The position numbers and the translations under genes were made by a program. 64,000 bases of DNA from Diplonema japonicum (lineage: Eukaryota > Protista > Euglenozoa: Diplonemea): positions 1 through 64,000 of the forward strand of contig OZ025756.1 in assembly GCA_964019335.1 (NCBI GenBank), written 5' to 3'. Positions 57,819 through 64,000 of this stretch are shown piece by piece. The notes below the pieces were generated by a model that saw nothing but the letters and a program-made list of their open reading frames with translations, made no database searches and was not told the DNA's origin. Numbering within the stretch: the first letter of the stretch is position 1; every line of letters begins with the position of its first letter.

Positions 57819-59987
57819 TCATGTGCACTTATTTAAATCTGCATTTCTGACAGAAACAACAGCAGTGTTAGCGGAAACCTCTAAGCGCCGGAGGACCATT
57901 GCTGTCCCGTCTGGGGCCTTGTAGTCTCCCTCACACGTGGAGCTGAGCCCTTCCATAACATTATTCACCTCGAAGGTTGACGCGTAGTAGCATAAGGCGT
58001 CCTTCGAAGAAGCGTCGTTGCATAGAATACTGCTCACGGCTGCGCTAGTCCCGATAACAGTGATGAATCTTTGCCGTCTACCGCCTACTGTACCATGGAC
58101 AATACGGCTGGTGGAGAGCCCAGTGTGCAAAGTGGACCTGTTCTCAGTTTCTGCTGCCGTCCCCAGCATCTTCACAAAAGCGAACGCATTTTCGACATGG
58201 GTCACGCACATCTTGGGACCATTCCAGCAGACGGCCACCCTGCTCCCCTGAAGCGACAGGACCGCACCGTGCGACCTATCAGAACAAGCCACAATCCTTG
58301 CTAGTTCCGCGTTCACCACCAACCCGATATCGTCGCTGTAAGCTGACCACGCAATTTCAACACTTGCGACAGACGCAGCGGCACTGTGCTGCAGGACAGG
58401 CGAAAACTGAGGACTAAGAAAGCTCAAATGTCCCGAGTATGTGCTACAGTGACTCTCCGACTGGTTGCTGGGGACGCTCGCATGGCTGTCCCTCCTTCCA
58501 ATAGGAAGCTTCCTGTCCTTCCTTTTCAAGAGCAGTTGCTGTTCGACGAAAGGCCTCCTCCCATAAAGCGAGCGGGAGAGGAGGACGTACGGATTCACAG
58601 AATCACCCACACCCTTCAGTTCAGTCTCTCCCATTGGGATAACCGCGACAGAGTCAAGGGAACCAGCTACTTCCATCACCTCAGGAGTGACAGCAACAGC
58701 CCCACCCACACAAGCCCCTTCCATCCGAGCAGCCTTGTTCACAGTGTTCCCAAAGTAGTCGTACCTCCCTGTCAGGGTGTTCAGTTGAACAGAAACCTCA
58801 CCACAGTGAACACCGATGCGAACACGAAGGCCGCACCAAGGGCCGCTCTGGTTCCAAGCACAACTGTCGAGTTCCAGAAGTTCCTCAGGCCACGCACTAT
58901 CGAGAAGCCTCTCCTGAACAGACAGACCGAACCACACTGCATCAGAAGCATACTCGAAGGCCACCATGAAGGAGTCCCCAATGGTCTTCACCTCGTACCC
59001 ATTGTGCTCAGCGATGCAGTCCCGTATTGCTTTGTTGTGAACCTGAAGTCCCTCTTGCATCCCTTCTGGACATGCCTCCCATGTTGCTGTTGATCCTTGG
59101 ATGTCTGTGAAGACAAGGGTTGCCTCACGTGACAGCAGACCAGGTGCTGGGATGTCACGCGAGTCAGCAGGAGCGCAGTGGAAGAGTGCGTCGGGGAGGT
59201 AAGGGCGGTATAAGTAGAGGTTTTCGAGGATTTTGCTGAACGCATCGTAAAGGGGAGGGGGGAAGGAGGCGGTTGAGATTATGGCCTCGGCGGAGGCGAG
59301 GTCGAAGCGGGAGAACGAGGTCGCGATGTCCTCCGTGGCGGCGATGGCCTTGTTCATCTTGTCGTGTTGCTGTTCAAGATCGTGCACGAAGCCTCGCGTG
59401 AAGTAGAAGTCGAGAATGACAGCAGTGGCTTGAACAATAAAATCAGAACCAGCGCTGCGGCTGGCAAAAGCACACGGGAGTGCAGAACACTGAACAGTTG
59501 CCCGCCTTTCTTCCTGTGATGGGAGGAACGACATCTCAAACAGACCGAGTCGGTACGTGTTCTCCAAGGAAAGACAGGCAAGCCAGGATAGAAGCAAGCC
59601 AACCATGAACCACGCGTAGTACTTATGCACCCTGCAAATGAGGAACAAGTCCATTATTACGATGTACAGAGGCCACTCGCGGTCATCCCGCATGACGGCG
59701 GAGCGCAGATCGTAGCTTAAGGTACCCAATGTCCCAGCGAAAAGTACCAACAGAATTACCCAGAGGTGAAGCACCTTCTGCACTAACAATTGCACAAGAA
59801 GAAGGATTAAGACCGCGAAGCCGAAACCAACGGCTATATATTGGTAATCCGATTCCACCCCTAGAACTGCCAACGCAACGAGACCGCATAACCCATAGAC
59901 GGCGAGAACCAACATTACTCTTTTCGCATGGGCCATTCCTGGATCGTCAGTCGGAAGCTCCACACACGAGAACAGTTTGAAACACAT
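57819..59987 (-). CDS. Membrane class III adenylate cyclase, AC4
   Basis: FTDIQGST, EVKTIGDSFM, YDYFGNTVNKAARME; TM N-terminus; degenerate second domain. Confidence 0.9.
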   Translation of the reverse strand: MCFKLFSCVELPTDDPGMAHAKRVMLVLAVYGLCGLVALAVLGVESDYQYIAVGFGFAVLILLLVQLLVQKVLHLWVILLVLFAGTLGTLSYDLRSAVMRDDREWPLYIVIMDLFLICRVHKYYAWFMVGLLLSWLACLSLENTYRLGLFEMSFLPSQEERRATVQCSALPCAFASRSAGSDFIVQATAVILDFYFTRGFVHDLEQQHDKMNKAIAATEDIATSFSRFDLASAEAIISTASFPPPLYDAFSKILENLYLYRPYLPDALFHCAPADSRDIPAPGLLSREATLVFTDIQGSTATWEACPEGMQEGLQVHNKAIRDCIAEHNGYEVKTIGDSFMVAFEYASDAVWFGLSVQERLLDSAWPEELLELDSCAWNQSGPWCGLRVRIGVHCGEVSVQLNTLTGRYDYFGNTVNKAARMEGACVGGAVAVTPEVMEVAGSLDSVAVIPMGETELKGVGDSVNPYVLLSRSLYGRRPFVEQQLLLKRKDRKLPIGRRDSHASVPSNQSESHCSTYSGHLSFLSPQFSPVLQHSAAASVASVEIAWSAYSDDIGLVVNAELARIVACSDRSHGAVLSLQGSRVAVCWNGPKMCVTHVENAFAFVKMLGTAAETENRSTLHTGLSTSRIVHGTVGGRRQRFITVIGTSAAVSSILCNDASSKDALCYYASTFEVNNVMEGLSSTCEGDYKAPDGTAMVLRRLEVSANTAVVSVRNADLNKCT

Positions 59988-60153
59988 TTCTTTTCCTCCC
60001 TTCCCCTTCTTTTTTTTTTGTTTCTCCCTTTGTAAGAGCTATGTTGTGACGGCAGTCGTTTGTAACGTTTGTAAGAAAAAGAAAAAGAAAAAAAAGAAAT
60101 GGCAGTGAATTATGGTTTCTTGTATTTTATATGTGATTTTATTTTTTTCGGTC

Positions 60154-62277
60154 TCATTCTTGTAAAAGAGGCGTGACCCTACCGTGGCTCGGTGAAGTAA
60201 GTTCGACACAACTTACCACGTGCAAGCTCATTGCCGAGCCATCGGGTGCTTGGCAGTCCCCGATATGTGCAACGAGAACCCCTTCCATGTCTGTGACGAG
60301 AGGGTGCTTAAAAGGAGACGCGTAGTAGCACATTGTGTCGCATGTCACTGCCTTGTTGCACATCATGTTGCTCACCACCGCTCCGATCCCAACGACCGTC
60401 ACGAACTTCTGCCGCTTGTTGCCCACAGTCCCGTACACAGTGCTGCCGGTTGACAACCCGATGTAAAGCGGCACCTCTCCCATCTCGTTTCCCGCCTTAA
60501 GCATTTTCACAAACGCCAGTGAATTCCCAACATGCGTCGGGCACGACTTCATGCAGTTCCAGCAAACAGCGACCTTGTTCCCCTGAAGCGACACTACTGC
60601 TCCGTGTGACCTCTCCGTGCACGTCAGCACTCTCCCCAGTGCGTTGTGCATCACATTCCCCATCTCTGCTTCGTTCCCCAATGTAATCTCTATCATTCCC
60701 AGCGATGCAGATGCGACGCGTTGCAAAGCTCTCACAGGCGACCCGATGCTACCTTCTGAGCTGATGCTGGTACGTCTGTTATCTACCATAAGCTTTCTGT
60801 CCTTCCTTTGCAGGCGAAGCTGTTGCTCCACAAAAGACTTCCTCCCGATAAGCGAGTGAGGGAGAAGGAGGACGGGGTGCACCATGTCGCTTACGCCCTT
60901 CAGTTGGGTCTCCCCCATCGGGATGACTGACACAGAGTCAAGGGGACCAACTACTTCTAAGATTTCAGGCATGACAGCAACAGCCCCACCCACACAAGCT
61001 CCCTCTACTCGAGCGGCTTTGTTCACAGTGCTTCCGAAGTAGTCGTACCTCCCTGTCAGGGTGTTCAGCTGTACCTCTACCTCACCACAGTGGATACCGA
61101 TGCGAACACGAAGGCCGCACCAAGGGCCGTCAGCTTGCCATGCACAGTAGTCAAGATCCAGGAGTTCCTCAGGCCACATACACCTCACAAGCCTCTCCTG
61201 AACAGACAGACCGAACCACACCGCATCAGAAGCACACTCGAAGGCCACCATAAAGGAGTCCCCAATGGTCTTCACCTCGTACCCATTATACTCAGAAATG
61301 CAGTCCCGTATTGCCTTATTGTGAACCCGAAGTCCCTCCTTCATCCCTTGTGGACATGCTTCCCATGTTGCCGTCGATCCTTGGATGTCGGTGAAGACTA
61401 CTGTTACATTTTTCGACGCCAAACCGGGTGCTGCGACATCGTGCAAGTCTGTTGTGGTGAACGTTGTACTGGGGAAGAGTGCGTCGGGGAGGTAAGGGCG
61501 GTACAAGTGGAGGTTTTCGAGTATTTTGTTGAAGGCGTCGTAAAGGGGAGGGGGGAGGGAGGCGGTTGAGATGGTCTCCTCAGCGGAGGCGAGGTCGAAG
61601 AGGGAGAGGGAAGACGCGATGTCCTCAGCAGTGCTGATGACCTTGTTCATCTTGTCGTGCTGCTTCTCGAGATCGTGCACGAAGCCTCGGGTCAAGTAGA
61701 AGTCGAGCATTAAGGTGACACACTGCACAATAAGTTCGCTAAAGGCAGTAGCAGGGCCAGCTTCGCAAGGAAGCTTAGAGCATTGAGCGGCCTTAAGACG
61801 TGTCGCTTGCGACGGAAGGAAAGAAAAATCATACAAGCCAAAGCGAAACAGATTCTCGAAAGAGACAAAAGTACACCAGGCAAGAACCATGGCTACAACA
61901 GATAGGCAATAATACTTATGCAAGCGAACGACAAGACACACATCAAACATCAGAATGCACGCGGGCCATCTGCGGTCGCCATACACCGCAGCCGATCGAA
62001 GGTCAAAACAAAACACCGCCAAAATCCCCGTAAAAATAAGTATCATGATTAAAGACCGCCGGAGGGCACGTTCAATCACAAGCTGCGCAAAAATAATACA
62101 CGACACGAGCAAAGGCATCATCACAAATAGATACATGATGCCCGAAAGCCCGAGTGCGACCGATAAGCCGTACCCAAGAATGCCATGAAAAGCGAGGACC
62201 AGCATTACCTTTTTGCTGAAGGCGGTCACCGTGTCATCGGTGGGTCGGATCACGTACGAAAACAGCCAATTCCACAT
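60154..62277 (-). CDS. Membrane class III adenylate cyclase, AC5
   Basis: Same motifs (YFGSTVNKAARVE); likely start MWNWLF at 62277. Confidence 0.9.
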   Translation of the reverse strand: MWNWLFSYVIRPTDDTVTAFSKKVMLVLAFHGILGYGLSVALGLSGIMYLFVMMPLLVSCIIFAQLVIERALRRSLIMILIFTGILAVFCFDLRSAAVYGDRRWPACILMFDVCLVVRLHKYYCLSVVAMVLAWCTFVSFENLFRFGLYDFSFLPSQATRLKAAQCSKLPCEAGPATAFSELIVQCVTLMLDFYLTRGFVHDLEKQHDKMNKVISTAEDIASSLSLFDLASAEETISTASLPPPLYDAFNKILENLHLYRPYLPDALFPSTTFTTTDLHDVAAPGLASKNVTVVFTDIQGSTATWEACPQGMKEGLRVHNKAIRDCISEYNGYEVKTIGDSFMVAFECASDAVWFGLSVQERLVRCMWPEELLDLDYCAWQADGPWCGLRVRIGIHCGEVEVQLNTLTGRYDYFGSTVNKAARVEGACVGGAVAVMPEILEVVGPLDSVSVIPMGETQLKGVSDMVHPVLLLPHSLIGRKSFVEQQLRLQRKDRKLMVDNRRTSISSEGSIGSPVRALQRVASASLGMIEITLGNEAEMGNVMHNALGRVLTCTERSHGAVVSLQGNKVAVCWNCMKSCPTHVGNSLAFVKMLKAGNEMGEVPLYIGLSTGSTVYGTVGNKRQKFVTVVGIGAVVSNMMCNKAVTCDTMCYYASPFKHPLVTDMEGVLVAHIGDCQAPDGSAMSLHVVSCVELTSPSHGRVTPLLQE

Positions 62278-62421
62278 TTTTTTTTCAACTCCTTTGGGTG
62301 AGGGTAAAAAAAAAAGGGGGGGGGAGCGAACAGTTCCTTCCCAAGAGCTAGAGAGAAAGAAAAAAAAGGGAGAAGAACAAAAACATCTGGGCCCGCACTT
62401 GGAAAAGTGCGGCACTGATGT

Positions 62422-64000
62422 CTACTTGTGAAATGACATAACGGAACACAGATCAGCAGAAAGCCCGATCGCCAGACGGTTCAATGCGGCCCCATCAGGG
62501 GCGGTGCATGTCAAGCTTTCGGTAATGACAAGACCCTCTATCTCAGAGATCTTAAAAGGTGAAGCGTGAAAACACAGAATATCACATGATAAGGCGTGGC
62601 TGCACATTTCAGCGCCCATCACCACGCAAGTTCCGAGAACAGATACAAACTTCTGGTTTCTCCTCCCCACTGTCCCAAAGACTATGCTACCGGTTGAGAG
62701 CCCAATGTGGAACTTTATATCCCTTCCTTCATCAGAAGAAGGGACACCAACCATCCGCACAAATACCAGCGAGTTTTCAACATGTGTTGGACAGGGTTTA
62801 AGCCCATTCCAGCACACCGCCATTCTGTTCCCTTGAAGCGACACAACTGCTCCGTGTGACCTCTCCGTGCACGTTAGTATCTTTGCTATCCCGTTATTTA
62901 ACGTGTTGCCCATCTCCGACTCTACATCACTCATCTTTATCTCCACCGCCCCCACGGAAGCACATGAGCAGCGAGTCAGTACTTCATGCATAGGAGAGCC
63001 TTGCCCTGAGTGGTTGCTTCGGTTATGCGGGCTTAGATGGAGAGAAGTCGTGCTATTCCTCTTGCCTAGGTAGTCAACTATCAGTTTCCTGTCCTCTCGT
63101 TTCAGAAGAAGCTGCTCCTCCACAAAGAACCTCCTCCCTTGAAGTGAATGAGGGAGAAGAAGGAACGGTTGCGTTTTATCACCCACACCCTTCAGTTCGA
63201 TCTCCCCCATTGGGATGATGGACACAGAGTCAACTAGGGGGCCAACAGCCTCCATCACCTCAGGAGTGACAGCAACAGCCCCACCCACACAAGCCCCTTC
63301 CATCCGAGCAGCCTTGTTCACAGTGTTCCCAAAGTAGTCGTACCTCCCTGTCAGGGTGTTCAGTTGAACAGAAACCTCACCACAGTGAACACCGATGCGA
63401 ACACGAAGGCCGCACCAAGGGCCGCTCTGGTTCCAAGCACAACTGTCGAGTTCCAGGAGTTCCTCAGGCCACACGCTTTCAAGAAGCCTCTCCTGAACAG
63501 ACAGACCGAACTGTACCGCATCAGAAGCACACTCGAAGGCCACCATGAAGGAGTCCCCAATGGTCTTCACCTCGTACCCATTGTGCTCAGACATGCACTC
63601 ACGCACCGTTTTGTTATGAACCTGAAGTCCCTCTTTCATCCCTTCTGGACATGCCTCCCATATTGCCGTCGATCCTTGGATGTCGGTGAAGAGGATGGTC
63701 GGCGTCTGGCCCCGCAACCCAGGAACAGGGATGTCCTTACGCTGTTCTTGAAACTCACTGTGGAGATCTTGGAAGAGAGAGTCGGGGAGGTAAGGGCGGT
63801 ACATGTGAAGGTTTAAGAGTATTCTGCTAAGAGCATCGTAAAGGGGAGGGGGGAGGGAGGCGGTTGAGATGATCTTTTCAGCGGAGGCGAGGTCGAAGCA
63901 TGAGATGGAGGTCGCGATCTGCTCCACAGCAGCGATGGATCGGTTTAGCTTGTCGTGCTTTTTTCGGACTCCCTGCTCGAACCACTTCGTGATGTAGAAG
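62422..64000 (-). CDS. Membrane class III adenylate cyclase, AC6 (5' part outside the window)
   Basis: Same catalytic motifs; the frame is open to the window end (FYITKWF...HDKLN linker). Confidence 0.88.
   Translation of the reverse strand, partial: FYITKWFEQGVRKKHDKLNRSIAAVEQIATSISCFDLASAEKIISTASLPPPLYDALSRILLNLHMYRPYLPDSLFQDLHSEFQEQRKDIPVPGLRGQTPTILFTDIQGSTAIWEACPEGMKEGLQVHNKTVRECMSEHNGYEVKTIGDSFMVAFECASDAVQFGLSVQERLLESVWPEELLELDSCAWNQSGPWCGLRVRIGVHCGEVSVQLNTLTGRYDYFGNTVNKAARMEGACVGGAVAVTPEVMEAVGPLVDSVSIIPMGEIELKGVGDKTQPFLLLPHSLQGRRFFVEEQLLLKREDRKLIVDYLGKRNSTTSLHLSPHNRSNHSGQGSPMHEVLTRCSCASVGAVEIKMSDVESEMGNTLNNGIAKILTCTERSHGAVVSLQGNRMAVCWNGLKPCPTHVENSLVFVRMVGVPSSDEGRDIKFHIGLSTGSIVFGTVGRRNQKFVSVLGTCVVMGAEMCSHALSCDILCFHASPFKISEIEGLVITESLTCTAPDGAALNRLAIGLSADLCSVMSFHK

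Overview
Eukaryotic genomic DNA, most likely a euglenozoan (diplonemid-like; this is inference from the gene families, the single-strand gene order, polypyrimidine/AG acceptors upstream of genes and the U6 5' end). All host protein genes lie on the minus strand and nearly all are intronless. They include a Cys/His zinc-finger-like protein, a multi-cNMP-binding protein, two clusters of membrane class III adenylate cyclases (6 with intact catalytic motifs, 2 with only a degenerate domain), a two-domain glyoxalase/VOC protein, a lectin/mucin/multi-TM receptor-like protein, a ~7,050-aa GC-rich secreted RTX/Calx-beta protein of bacterial type, and a DNAJC21/Jjj1-like gene. The ORF track splits that last gene, but it is rebuilt by two tiny A-rich GT-AG introns (55 and 35 nt). 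A plus-strand island (4.3-10.0 kb) holds two 5'-truncated ingi-like RT-RNase H retrotransposons, a tRNA-Asp and a U6 snRNA. The second retroelement sits in the 5' end of the tRNA with a 31-33 bp target-site duplication, and both elements carry a PDZ-like ~88-aa insertion in the RT. A second identical U6 lies inverted at 30.2-30.3 kb. Intergenic DNA carries a Helentron/Helitron2-like non-autonomous element family, a second fold-back repeat family and an unidentified structured RNA candidate. No database searches were run; family assignments are from motif recognition.
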